A DNA stretch of 64,000 bases, from the NCBI RefSeq assembly GCF_006345805.1, contig NC_042999.1:64604001-64668000 (forward strand), written 5' to 3'. Shown here in pieces: positions 39,930 to 52,659 of this stretch. Under the pieces are notes generated by a model, which saw only the letters and a list, made by a program, of their open reading frames with translations, made no database searches and was not told the origin of the DNA. Each line of letters starts with the position of its first letter. The stretch's first letter is position 1. The position numbers and the translations under genes are program-made. Source of the DNA: Octopus sinensis (taxonomy: Eukaryota).

Positions 39930-40502
39930 TTACTATTATTATTATTGTTATTTTTGCTGTTGTTGTAGTTAGTATAATTATGCATACGCGCACACACGCG
40001 AGCGCGCAATATTGCCTTCGATTAATAAAGAACTCCAAGAATCCTTATTGCAGGGTCCGAGGATTATAGTTCATCACCATTCTGTATGGTAAACCCGTGG
40101 TTCCGCTGGAGAGCGATATACAAGATAAGGCATAAATAGTGGTCGTGAGATATTCTTACCCTTGGCTTACAGCTGTTTCCAGTAGTCGTTATAGGTTTCT
40201 CAGTTGACTTATTGATCAGCTGAGAAAAGTTGAACGACTTAAAAAATTAATTCCACTTTGGTCGGGAGGAGGAAATGGGTCTACACGAAAGTAACATTAA
40301 TTCTTTAGATCGTTCACCTTTTCGCAACTGATCAATAGTCTTATTGCAAAATTTCTCCATTATTTATACCGTGTCTTATATGTCTGTGTGTGTGTATGTG
40401 TGTGTGTGTGTGTGTGTGCGCGCGCGCGCGGGTTCGCACGGGCATGTGTATGCATGTATCTATCTATCAATCTATTTGCTTTTATATATATATATATATA
40501 CT

Positions 40503-40901
40503 ATTTTACATTTTACTCTTTTACTTGTTTCAGTCATTTGACTGCGGCCATGCTGGAGCACCGCCTTTAATCGAGCAACTCGACCCCGGGACTTATTCTT
40601 TGTAAGCCCAGTACTTATTCTATCAGTCTGTTTTGCCGAACCGCTAAATGACGGGGACGTAAACACACCACCATCGGTTGTCAAGCGATGTTGGATGGGA
40701 CAAACACAGACACACAAACATACACATATATACATATATACGACGGTCTTCTTTCAGTTTCCGTCTATCAAATCCACTCACAAGGCTTTGGTCGGCCTGA
40801 GGCTATAGTAGAAGACACTTGCCCAAGGTGCCACACAGTGGGACTGAACCCGGAACCATGTGGTTGGTAAACAATCTACTTACCACACAGCCACTCATGC
40901 G

Positions 40902-40903
<2 letters not shown>
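40503..40903 (-). mobile_element. tRNA-derived SINE family A, full length
   Basis: Head GGCGCATGAGTGGCTGTGTGGTAAG..GGTTCAGTCCC, internal (TG/TA)n, tail GGTGCTCCAGCATGGCCGCAGTCAAATGACTGAAAC(AAGTAAAAGA)n. Confidence 0.88.
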
Positions 40904-40985
<82 letters not shown>

Positions 40986-41004
40986 ATATATATATATAAT
41001 ATAT

Positions 41005-41046
<42 letters not shown>

Positions 41047-41048
<2 letters not shown>

Positions 41049-41603
41049 CGTAAGAGTGGCTGTGTGGTAAGTAGCTTGCTTCCCGACTTCATGGTTCCGG
41101 GTTCAGTCCCACTGCGTGGCACCTTGGGCAACTGTCTTCTACTATAGCCTCGGGCCGACCAAAGCTTTGTGAGTGGATTTAGCAGACTGAAACTGAAAGA
41201 AGCCCGTTGAATATATGTATATATATGTATGTGTGTGTGTGAGTATGTGTTTGCGTGTGTGTATGTGTTTGTGTTTCTGTGTTTGTCCTCCCAACATCGC
41301 TTGACAACCGATGCTGGTGTGTTTCCGTCCCCGTCCCCGTCCCCTAGCGGTTCGGCTAAAGAAACCGATAGAATAAGATAAAATAAGATAAAGAAAAGTG
41401 GAAGAAGGAGGCAGAGAGTTTCACGTCCCCTTGCAAAAGAGACCGGATAGAATAAATACTAGGCTTGCAAAGAATAAGTCCTGGAGTCGATTTGCTCGAC
41501 TAAAGGCGGTGCTCCAGCATGGCCACAGTCAAATGACTGAAACAGTCAAATGACTGAAACAGTCAAATGACTGAAACAGTCAAATGACTGAAACAGTCAA
41601 ATG
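41047..41603 (+). mobile_element. SINE family A with an internal filler insertion and reiterated 3' stem-loop
   Basis: Same head and tail as other family A copies; extra 41385-41425 segment; 17-bp unit x4.6 at 41525-41603. Confidence 0.85.
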
Positions 41604-41648
41604 TGTATATATATATATATATATACGCACACACATACATTCACACGC

Positions 41649-41742
<94 letters not shown>

Positions 41743-41755
41743 GTCTATCTATCTG

Positions 41756-41791
<36 letters not shown>

Positions 41792-42444
41792 ACTAGAGTT
41801 AAATGTGTGAGTTGTAGGACATCCTATAGCTAAATCTTACACATTAATCGACTGCATAGAACATCGTTCACTTGCTTGCTGTATTCTTTTATTATTATTA
41901 TTATTATTCTGATGATATACTATTGAGCTCGAGAAGCACAGATCTATGTTGGTCAGTATTATGTGGCGGTTTTGGATCTCAGAGTCCAATTATGATGCTT
42001 TAAAGGATCGACGTTAGCAGACATCAATAAAGACTTTACAGTTGGCGCAATCATGGAAATGTGGTTAAGAAACTTGCTTGACCCAGTTTCTATGACGTAT
42101 AGGTGGCAGAGATTACAACGTTTTCCCACTGAACGGGACTTTGATCTGTCGCAGAGTCGAATCCTGCAGGAATTAATTTTACACTTGAGTGGAATGGAAC
42201 AACGTGAAAGAAGACAACGCACTACCCGGACCAGGAAACGAAACTACGATCTTACGGTCGTGAATGCAATGCTCTAATCACTAGACCAAGCGCCTCCACC
42301 CTCCTTTTGACGAGGCACAAGTTCCATTCGGTTTTAGGGGAGATATACACACGATTGATTGCTTCGAATATTTCTGTGATTTTACTACTGCGATATACTG
42401 GCATTATTAAACATTAATAAATATCCTAAGTCATTTGTCTTTTA

Positions 42445-42835
42445 CCTTCTACTTGTTCCAGTCTTTAGACTGCGGCCATGATGGGGCACCGCCTTAAAGA
42501 ATTCTAGTAGAACGAGTTGAACGCAGTACTTATTATTTTTAAAACCTTTTACGTATTAAATCAGTCTTATTTGCCGAACCGTTAGAAGAAGGAAAAGTAA
42601 AGATATCAACGCTTGTTTTCAAGCGGTGGTGATGGGACAATCACAAGCGCAAAGACACACACACACATACACACACATGGCCGTCTTCTTCCAGTTTCCG
42701 TCCACCAAATCTACTTACGAGGCTCTAGTTGGCCCAAGGCTAAAATAGAAGATACTTGCCCAAGGTGCCACACAGTGGGACTGAAAGCAGAATCAAACAG
42801 CTGGAAGCAAATTTCTTACTACAACACAGCCATAT
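42445..42835 (-). mobile_element. SINE family A, diverged
   Basis: Tail ccagtctttagactgcggccatg..gcaccgcc and head cccaaggtgccacacagtgggactgaa. Confidence 0.7.
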
Positions 42836-42849
42836 CTGTTTATTTTGAT

Positions 42850-43200
42850 TGACCTTCCTCCAAGTGCTGAGACCCCCTTCGGTCATGACTGACCATGGGA
42901 TTGCACGTAGAAAGTAAACCTCCGAGGCACAAGTCTGGGCAAGGTTGTTTATGGAAGACCAGCAGTCACCCATTCATAGCGGTCTCCCCTCTCCACGCCA
43001 CCGATGTTATCCAAGGGAAAGGCAAAGGGGCCTATACAGCTTGGCACCTGTGACGTCGCAACTCATTTCTACAGCTGAATAAACTGGAGCATCGTGAAAT
43101 AAAGTATCTTGCTCAAGAACACAACACGCAGCCCGGTTCGGGATTCGAACTCACAATCTCGCGATCGTAAGCTCGACGCTCTAATCCCTGAGCCATGCGT
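42850..43200 (-). mobile_element. tRNA-headed SINE of another family
   Basis: Minus head tggctcagggattagagcgtcgagc..gttcgaatccc, core cttgagcaagatacttt; a related decayed core lies at 16480-16660. Confidence 0.65.
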
Positions 43201-43705
43201 AACTCAGTATTAAATAGTACCAAGCTATTTATGCAAAGCAGAAGCAAGTTTTAATCGTTCTTATATTCTGTTGAAGCTAGTTGAGTTCGTCTTACAAAGG
43301 GAAAAGATCCTGAATTGCTCAAGATGGCTGTGGTTGATAAGAGACCGACTAATGGAACTCTTCTGCAAGCGAAAACTAGTTCAGTCTTCGCTGTCCCTCT
43401 CAGGCGAAGTGTACAGGCTAAGAGGCATTATGCTTGTGACCCTGAGGCACTTTCCATTTATATAGAAGGATTTCCAGCATTGCGATTGATTCAGAAGAAG
43501 AGTTTGCAATACTTCTGAGTAATTCCTACTGTTTCTACTTTGTGCAAAACGCTCGAGGTATTTGAAACCACGCACAAAGTTTTCGTAAAGGGGATTTTTA
43601 AATGAGAAATCATTATATATACAGAGTCCTCCGAAAAAGTATACAGACTTCAGGAAAGGTCCCGAAGTGTGTAAATGCTGTAATATATCAACAGGAGATA
43701 TCCGT

Positions 43706-43858
43706 ACATTATTTACATTATTTACATTCGACGGATATCTGTCCTCATATTGCTTGTTATTAACTCAACGTTTCGGCTGATATACCCTCCAGACTTCTTC
43801 AGGTGTCTTGGGGAAATTTCGCTCCTGGGTTCTCATTCCTAAGGTATTTTCGATGTTG

Positions 43859-43902
<44 letters not shown>

Positions 43903-44012
43903 TTATTATTATTATTATTATTGTTATTGTTCAGGTCACTGCTTGGAATCGAACTCGCAATCTTGGGGTTAGTAACCCGCGCTCTTAACCCCTACGCCAT
44001 ATGCCCGTGGGC
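43706..44012 (-). mobile_element. tRNA-headed SINE with internal (AAT)n and hammerhead-containing tail
   Basis: Minus strand: A-box-like TGGCGTAGGGG, anticodon-arm-like hairpin and B-box GTTCGATTCC, then (AAT)n, the hammerhead motif, and a terminal (AATGTAAAT)n repeat. Confidence 0.7.
43762..43807 (-). ncRNA. Hammerhead ribozyme motif with canonical CUGAAGA core in a SINE tail
   Basis: Minus strand: gacac-CTGAAGA-a-gtctg(gagggtatat)cagcc-GAAA-cg-TT-gagtt. Stem II has 4/5 pairs, stem I has 4/5 pairs, and stem III is the palindrome ACGT. Confidence 0.65.
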
Positions 44013-44377
44013 ATATAGAGGAGAAATCCGTTTGCTCATTGAATTTGCATCAAACTCACTTTGGTTATCATTACAGTTGAAATATTTGACTTGTATAAGA
44101 ATCCATATAAATATGAATACTTCTTTCGATGTTTTATCAAATTGCAATAAGCATATCTATAAAAGGGAGAATGTTTGTGCGTGCGTGTGTGTGTGTGCGT
44201 ATGTGTACGTGATTGTAATTTATGCATGTCCACAAATTAGCACGCATGTCGCTCAAATTTTAGGAGGACATTTGTCAACATCCTATCTGGGTTTTGTCAA
44301 CTTATTTTTATCCCGAGGCACCCGTGGGTAGCGTAAATATCTATTTTCAGACATAGCTTTTAGCCCCCCAAAAATAT

Positions 44378-44603
44378 TAGCCTTGGCTTTTTTTGCCAGA
44401 GTCTAACAAAAAAAAAAGATAAAGAAAAGTGGAAGAAGGAAGCAGAGAGTTTCACGGGAAAGACAAATTGAGAGAGGGAAAGACAGAGATTAAATGACGT
44501 TAATAAACAGCCTTAGCTTTTTTGCCAGCGTCTAACAAAAAAAAAAAAAGATAAAGAAAAGTGGAAGAAGGAGGCAGAGAGTTTCACAGGAAATACAAAG
44601 TGA

Positions 44604-44642
<39 letters not shown>

Positions 44643-44660
44643 AGTTATGACGTTCATAAA
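44378..44660 (+). repeat. Local tandem duplication of about 130 bp
   Basis: gcctt(g/a)gcttttttgccag(a/c)gtctaacaaaa..gataaagaaaagtggaagaagga..gagagtttcac occurs twice. Confidence 0.8.
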
Positions 44661-44894
44661 AAATAAAATGTAAAATACGTTTAAATATTGTTGAGCAAGA
44701 TTTTTTGTTTTGTTTTTTGTTTTTGAAAGACACTTATAATCATAGTATATATATACTTTCTCACACAACAATTACAATATATTCATTTTGAATATAATAT
44801 ACTGTAATTGTTATATAATATAATATAATATAAATATATATTTATATCATATTATATATATATATATAATATATAATATATATATATATAATAT

Positions 44895-45655
44895 TTTTTT
44901 GGTAAAAACGGTAAGATAACAAAAGAAAGAGACCTCAATATTATGTAAATAGAGGAAATTTATCTATCAAATAATATGTTACAATTACTCAATAGTGCGT
45001 GTGTACGGGCATAAGAATGCATATATATATAGACGTTTTTACTTATTATTTTTCCATTTTTTAAGGTTTTTTTTTGGTGGGGGCATATGTATATTCCTTT
45101 TTTGTAAATGCGTGTGTGTGTATGCGTATATAAACATGTGCGGGTATGTACATATATGGCGTGTGTGTGTATGAGTGCATAAGGGCATGTCCGTATATGA
45201 ACGTGGTTTTTATGCTTTGTATACTTCCTTATGTTTTTTTATGTTACCTTTAACCATGGTTTTTCTTGTGCTTGTGCGTATATAGACGTATGTATGAACT
45301 TTTACGGTACGCATGTGTGTGTGTAAGGGTTTGTATATATATGCGTATATATTTGGCGAAAAATGTGAGTGAAGATGTGTACGTTTTCATAGTGACGTAT
45401 AAGTAGCGCATGGATCCGCGAGCGCACATGTAAGCGTATGACTAGCCATGTTTTACGTGTTTACTATGAAATTTTAATCTTATTTTATATAATTAATACA
45501 CAGTAATTTCCCTTTATATAACGGTAATTTTTCATAGCGTTTTTTCAGATGGCCAGATAACCGAAGAGATGGTATTGTAGATTTCCACTTCGGCATCTGA
45601 AACTCAGAGTTTTATCTTGACTATTGAGTAACTGTAACTTATTATTTTATATATA
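44895..45655. mobile_element. TA-flanked element related to the 10.2-kb hairpin family, with inverted arms separated by about 600 bp
   Basis: aaataatatgttacaattactcaatag (about 44970-44996) is the inverted match of ctattgagtaactgtaacttattatttt (about 45620-45648). 44925-44970 matches the reverse complement of 10285-10325. Confidence 0.45.
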
Positions 45656-45684
45656 TATATATTATATATATATATATATATATA

Positions 45685-45729
<45 letters not shown>

Positions 45730-45735
<6 letters not shown>

Positions 45736-45857
45736 CTGATTTCAACGGATTTCGCCCAAAGTTGACGTCTATATTACTTAGTTTGGTTTGAAATAAAGAA
45801 CTTGATTAGCTTAATAATCGTAACTTAATCCCAGACAAGGCCGGGTTATACTGCTAG
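45730..45857 (+). mobile_element. Helitron-like 3' fragment
   Basis: Ends cccagacaaggccgggttatactgCTAG|T, similar to the ends at 217 and 17939. Confidence 0.45.
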
Positions 45858-46559
45858 TACTGAATAAACTGTACTAACACCGAATTTAAATATTTATACA
45901 GATTTTTCCTTTCCTGAAGTGTGTATATATATATATACTTTTTGGCGGTCTCTGTATATTAAAAGTTTTAGTTTTGAGTATACTGCTGTGTTAAGTGATG
46001 ACATGTCATTGGTTTTCTTTGACGATGAACTGTGCCAGGAATAAGAGATGGCTCATTGATAAAGGTTATCTTTTCATGACATTCTTATCCTTAAACGTAT
46101 CCTGTCTATATTGTTTTCCTAGATTTTCAGATGAGTCTGCTTCTTATTGGTTTCCAAGCCTGATGGAATAAATTCCAGGTTTAGAAGTAAGAAATACAGA
46201 GCAAGGGACGATTTGTTCGACTAAATCTTTCAAGGCTGTGCTCCAGCATAGCCGCAGTCCAGTGAATGAAACAAAGACAATAAAAGTGAAGAAGAAGAAT
46301 ATTACTTTTGAAATTCCACCGATGACTGTTGCTCGCTGAAACGAAATATTTACGGATGTTTTCACATTTAAATATTGGTTTGAAGATTTTCTGGAATTTC
46401 TTTTGGATTTGGCGTATTCTCTTTTACTGATTAAAATTATTCATCATTGATAACCTGACATAATTCTGACACTGTTGTTATAGCCTTTACGTCAGCTTTG
46501 GCATCAATAAGGAACCAATTTTTAAACTTTTCTTTTTGTATATCATTTGTGACTTAACT

Positions 46560-47600
46560 AAAAATTATTTTCCGATAAGTCCTAATTCCTTGTAAAGCCT
46601 AGATTCTCTGCCTGTTTTAGAGAAATTATTTTCATAAACAATTTTGAATACTCGTCTCTGACACTTGTTTCCATAACACTCTAATACATCAACAGGAAAA
46701 ATCCGTTTGCCCATTGAATTAGCATCAGACTCGCTTTGATTATCATTGACTTCGGTTGAAATTCTTTCACAAATTTCTATTCGTTAATAAACCTTTAAAA
46801 CCCGTTTGATGCCTTTGTCACTTGGTTGATTTAACGAAGCAGTGTTTGAATGCAAAAATAAAATAAAATGTTACTTTGATGTTCTTTAATCACAAATTAT
46901 TTCTGTGTGCCGTACAGTTAACATCTAACGAGGCCTTTTTTCGATTTAGTTCAGATCTCACTTAAGTAACCAGTTCTTAAGAATGACTGAAGCCATCCAT
47001 GCATTTGCATTAAAGCAGTAATGAACAGGTAAACCTCTGACACCTTTAAAACACCAAGGATTTATAATTTTCAATCACAAGAATTTGTTGTTTCTATTCT
47101 TTCATATTAGCGCAACAAAAAGCTGTCGCTCTCTCCTTTGAATATTTAAATTCGTTGGTATTTTCATTGTTAAATAATTATGCTTGCACATTACACGAAA
47201 ATAAAGCTCTCTATTTGCATTGTAAAAAATCTCAAGAGAATATTCAACAATAATTTTCGTCATTCTGCTAAAATCCACATTTCGGCTGATAAAATAATCG
47301 ACATATTTTTTTCCCAGCTATGAACGCATTTCTGCACAAAAGTTCTTCATCTTTTCTTCCTGTCAAACTACTCTCCAGTTAATTCGAATTTTTCTTTACT
47401 CTCTTCTTTAACAAATTTTTATACTTTGTTTATTTTCACACAAGAGTGGCCCAAGAATGAAAGCGCTGCTTTTAATGTTTCGATTCATGGAAATGAATAT
47501 TGTAAACTAAAATTTTTACTACCAGCTCATTTCACTATCTTCACCAAATCGTACTCACAATTCAATTGACAACTGCGTGGAACCCATCAAAACATTTTCC
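46560..47600 (-). mobile_element. Decayed Tigger/pogo (DDE_1) transposase
   Basis: Minus strand across stops and frameshifts: GPLLCE, IFYNANRELYF, ERATAFCCANM, PWCFKGVRGLPVHYCFNANAWM, FLHSNTASLNQPSDKGI. Confidence 0.65.
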
Positions 47601-47829
47601 CCATCCTTAAAACATTACTTCGTTACCTGAGCCATGTGATAGATCCATCATACGAAGTCTAAACGCTTTTCCTCGACGAGAAATTTGAAAAAGAATTCTA
47701 TCAACATCCACTGATAAATAAAGCGAATCTGAATCAAATACATATGCCAAATAGTTTTCCCTTCTCGACCTGATGCATATATTAACAATGACATAGCAAC
47801 AAGTGTCAAAATTATTAAGTCAAAATATA

Positions 47830-48063
47830 GGGCGACGCGCTGGCAGAAACGTTAGCACGCCGGGCGAAATGCTTAGCGGTTTTTCGTCTGCCGTTACGTT
47901 CTGAGTTCAAATTCCTCCGTGTTCGACTTTGCCTTTCATCCTTTCAGGGGCGATAAATTAAGTACCAGTTATGCACTGGCGTCGATGTAATCGATTTAAT
48001 CCCTTTGTCTGTCCTTGTTTGTCCTCTCTGTGTTTAGCCCCTTGTGGGCAGTAAAGAAATAAG
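47830..48063 (+). mobile_element. SINE family B (GGCG..CTGGCAGAAACGTTAGC head)
   Basis: gttctgagttcaaattcc B-box-like motif, gcctttcatcctttc core, gtaaagaaataag tail. Other copies at about 7245-7463(-), 12160-12312(+), 15289-15521(+), 20160-20325(-) and 59615-59817(+). Confidence 0.82.
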
Positions 48064-50274
48064 AGTAAAAATTATTTTTTTTAAAATAAAAAATATACGT
48101 GGAATTTCTTTTCAAAAACAAACAGAGAAATGTCTCTTTCTATCTAATTAGTCCTTATTAGGAAAAAAAATTAGACAGAACCCCCAAAACTTTGAAAATT
48201 AGTTGGCTCAAAAGCTGAAATGCCAACGTCGGAAATATACCATGTTCTTAGCGATGTCTCTAAATTGGAAAAAGAAGATAAATCAAAGCTCAGATATACG
48301 CGAAACTCTAAACAAACTTCACCACAAAGAGTAACATCAATCAGCAGAATTTCAGAAGTGATACGAGTGGATATGATTTATTAGTGAGTTACAAAATAGG
48401 AACAATATATAAACTACTTTGACTAAGTATTTTTAACAAAGTTTTAACAAATCACACAGGTGCTCACTTTTTAATATCAGCTCTCTTTTCTTAAATGTTA
48501 CGTTAAAGTGGGTTTGAAATCTTCAAGTGAACAATTGTACTGCGCCGGGTCATAGAAGTCCAATATTTTTAGTTTTTCTCGTCAAGACAAAATTTTACGT
48601 TTCTTTTCTTTCTTTACTTCTTTACGAGAAAAAACGTCTTTAATATAAACGCGCACGTTGCTTTTATTCACTACAAAATAGAGCAAACCAATTTGAAAGC
48701 CAAAATATTTCGTTGCTTGGGCTCTTTCACAGATTCAACAAAAGAGACAGAACCGTAGCTGACGTGTCTTCTCGCGCATAGTCATAGCCTTGGAGGTGAT
48801 TTGCTACCGTTACAATATGAGCAATTGATGAACGGGGTTTATTTGACAATTTCGATTTCCAATATCCTAGATTAACATAAAACTAACACACACGATCCTA
48901 AGTACATACATTTATCTCTGTGTGGAAGCATTTATATGACACAGGAACACGCACACATACACATACACATACCTTCGTTGTAATATATTTAGAAACGCAT
49001 CATAGATATTTAAGCAAATCCATGCTTTCACACATACACACACACACACACACACTTCAAACTCACACCCTCATATACTTACACGTATGCACACAAATCA
49101 CAATATCTAACGCGAGCCGTGATTCAATGATTAATTGACAGCACACCTGACGTCACATAATATGCCCATTAACACACATTTAAAATTCCCAACATAGTTT
49201 CATAATCATTTTATGGCTTAAATCTAGGCTAATCGAATACAGTTTCAATTATATACACTAATTCATTTCAAAATCTGCTGGGGCTTGACTTTCTCCCCTT
49301 TTATTCCTTCACGTTCAATAAAATAAGTATTTATAATTTAATTAAAATGTTTCAATAGTCTTTACAAATTTGTGGATAGCAACCAAAGATGGAGTCTTTT
49401 CGTAGTCAATCGACCTGCAAGAGATTAAAACATAAAAATATAAAATATAATACAGATGGTCACGGTTAGCATGCTTTTGATCAGAGGTCTGCTCTCTCAG
49501 AGCTGACCCTTAGTCTAAACAAAAGTTGAATAGCCGCTGCAGCAAACAAAAAACAAAAAAAAAATACAGCAGCAGTAGTAATGGCAGCATTTAAAACCAT
49601 TAAAAGCAGTATCTGCACCAGCACCACCATCACCAGCACCACCATTCTCACCACCACCACCTTCGCAGCAAATACCACCGTCTCCGCGCGCCGCTTCTTC
49701 CTCCTCCCCTTCCGCCTCCTCTGCTGTTGCTGCTGCTGCCTCCGCTGCTGCAGCCTCCATCGCTGCTTCCACCGCCTTCGTCCCCCTCACTGCATTCGCC
49801 ACTCGCCTCCTAATACCCCGCCACTGCAGTCTGTCACCATCCTTGCCGCCATCGTCGCCACTGTCACCGTCTCCTAACCGTTGTCCATCGTCCATCTCCT
49901 GCCAGCCATTGTCCATTGCTAGCAGCTCATCTTCCGCCTTCTGCCTTTCGTCGCCGCCGTGGTTCATCATCGCCATCATCGCGGCTGTAGCTACTAGTGG
50001 TTTCTAGCTACAAGTCTATTCCTTGTAACAGAAATAAAAGGGACTGAAATTCTATATATTTCGTTCAATCTCTACTTGACGTTGCCTTCTCTTGCTTGCA
50101 GGTTCTCAAAAATTAAATGCACTTAATGAATTGGATAAATTTCCTTAATCTGAAGCCTTGTTCTAAGATTAGAAATCTAGTCTACCAAATGCACTTTGGC
50201 CGGCTCGAGGCTATAGTAGAAGACACTTGCCCAAGGTGCCACGCAAGCTAATTACCACACAGCCACTCCTGCTG

Positions 50275-50369
<95 letters not shown>

Positions 50370-50406
50370 TATATACCTACATACATATATATATATACAC
50401 ACACAC

Positions 50407-50490
<84 letters not shown>

Positions 50491-51475
50491 GTTTGTCTTT
50501 GTGGTTATGCTTGTACCATTCACATCGCTTGGCAAATGGTGCTGGTGTATTTACGTCCCTGTAACGAAGCAGTTTGGCAAAGAGACCGATGGAATAAGTA
50601 CCAATACTGGGGGTTGACTTGCTCAACTAGACCCCCTTCAAGGCGGTAACATAGTATGGATGGACACAGTCCAATAACTGAAACAAGTAAAAGATAAAAC
50701 ACACGCACAATTATAAAATATATTTTTACTCGAAATCTCATCTTTAATGACCAACCTCTTTGATTTTCGAGTAGTTTGTCTACGTTTCGGTTCTTTACTG
50801 CGTATTTCTAAATATATGGGCGTTAATGACTTTTGTGATGGATTGGTTATCACTCTTGTGAGTATTGTCTATCTTGTATCCTATATCAAGGCTTCTCTTC
50901 AATATTCGTATTCGTAGTTACTCTGGGATGTATATTTTATATTCTTTGTAGTAATTTCATTGAAGCGGCTTCAACTTTGTTTAGTAATACGTTTGTCTCT
51001 CTAAATTTGGAACTTGTCTCTTCGTATTGCTATATTTTTGCTGGTTCATGTAGCCCTATATCAACAAAGTGACAACTGTCTTTGAAAAGTTCTGATATTT
51101 CATTCTCCTATCGGCACACACCTGAAATTTTAGTGGGAGAAGTCGATGGTACTTATTCCATTTACCCCGGAAGCGCGTTTGGCGGAATTCGGACTCAGAA
51201 CTCAAAACCAGAAGAAATGTCGCTAAAATTTTGTTCGGCGTCCTAACGATTCTCGCCGTCTTAACGTAATTGATCCTAAAGTTTTGTACAAGGCTAGCAA
51301 TTGTAGAAGAGAGTTGTAGATTTCATTGACCCCAAGGTCTAGTACTCTATTTTGCTGACCCTGAAAGAATGAAAGGAAAAGTTAATCCCAACAGTATTTG
51401 AACTAAAAACATATAAAGCAGGAAGAAATGCCGCTAAGCATTTTGTCTGACGTGATAGCGATTCTTTTTCTTTTT

Positions 51476-52025
51476 CTACTCGAGGCACAAGGCTCATAAT
51501 TTTTTGTGGGGTGGGGGCCAGTCGATTAGACCGACCCCAGTACGCAAAGGATGAAAGGCAAAGTCGACCTCGGAGGAATTTGAACTCGGAACGTAGCGGC
51601 AGACGAAATACCTATTTCTTTACTATCCACAAGGGGCTAAACACAGAGGGGACAAACAAGGACAGACAAACGGATTAAGTCGATTACATCGACACCAGTG
51701 CGTAACTGGTACTTAGTTTATCGACCACGAAAGGATGAAAGGCAAAATCGACCTCGGCGGAATTTGAACTCAGAACGTAACGGCAGACGAAATACCTATT
51801 TCTTTACTACCCACAAGGGACTAAACACAGAAGGGACAAAAAAGGGCAGACAAAAGGATTAAGTCGATTACATCGACCCCACTTCGTAACTGGTACTTAT
51901 TTAATCGACCCGAAAGGATGAAAGGCAAAGTCGACCTCGACGGAATTTGAACTCAGAACGTAGCGACGGGCGAAATACCACAAAGCATTTCGCCCGGCTT
52001 GCTAACGTTTCTGTCAGCTCGCCTG
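51476..52025 (-). mobile_element. SINE family B trimer (one head, three bodies; 184-bp period)
   Basis: ctatttctttact..gacgaaatac unit starts at 51612 and 51796; a third body with a different tail lies at 51476-51611. Confidence 0.82.
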
Positions 52026-52659
52026 CTTGAAAGCTTTTCTAGTTCTAAAATTGTCAAAGATTATGACTAACGTTAAACTATTTTGATTCAGTCTTTTATA
52101 ATTGGTATCTAGCAGTCGTGTTTCTGGGTCGGATTGAGCAAAGATTTTCACTCAGTATTGCGTTACGAATAGATTTTTCGGAAAGGTATTCCCTTTCCAA
52201 TTGCTCTACAACCATTGAAAACCATTATTCAATTGCTTCACACCATTCGAAAACTATCAACCATTCGTTCTTGCATTTTTACCTTCATCGTTTGCAGAGC
52301 TGGTTACGTAATTTCTCATAATATTTTTTAGGGAGAATCTTGAGTTTTTTATTTTCTCATCATTTGATGTCTTTATGTTTCTGGTCATTAACGTCTACTC
52401 TCACTTTCTTCAATTCAATTTCACTTCACATGTTATCTCTGTGTCTCTCCCTCTATCTTTCTTTCTTTCTCTCTCACTCACACACACACACACAACACAC
52501 ACAACACACGCAACACACACTCACGCACACACGCACATGCACACATACAAATATATATAAATGTGTCTCTATATATACCAAACACACATGACCATATACT
52601 GTATATGCTAACAAGTGCACTTGCATACGACCATGGAATCAAAACAAACTGTGGTCTCG

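Noticed and set aside
49515-49979. 154-aa Ala/Glu/Gly-rich ORF
   Set aside because: It is low-complexity decayed triplet repeat, the antisense frame is equally open, and no domain is recognisable.
50700-51115. Possible decayed LINE coding fragment on the minus strand
   Set aside because: Multiple stops and no motif I can assign with confidence.
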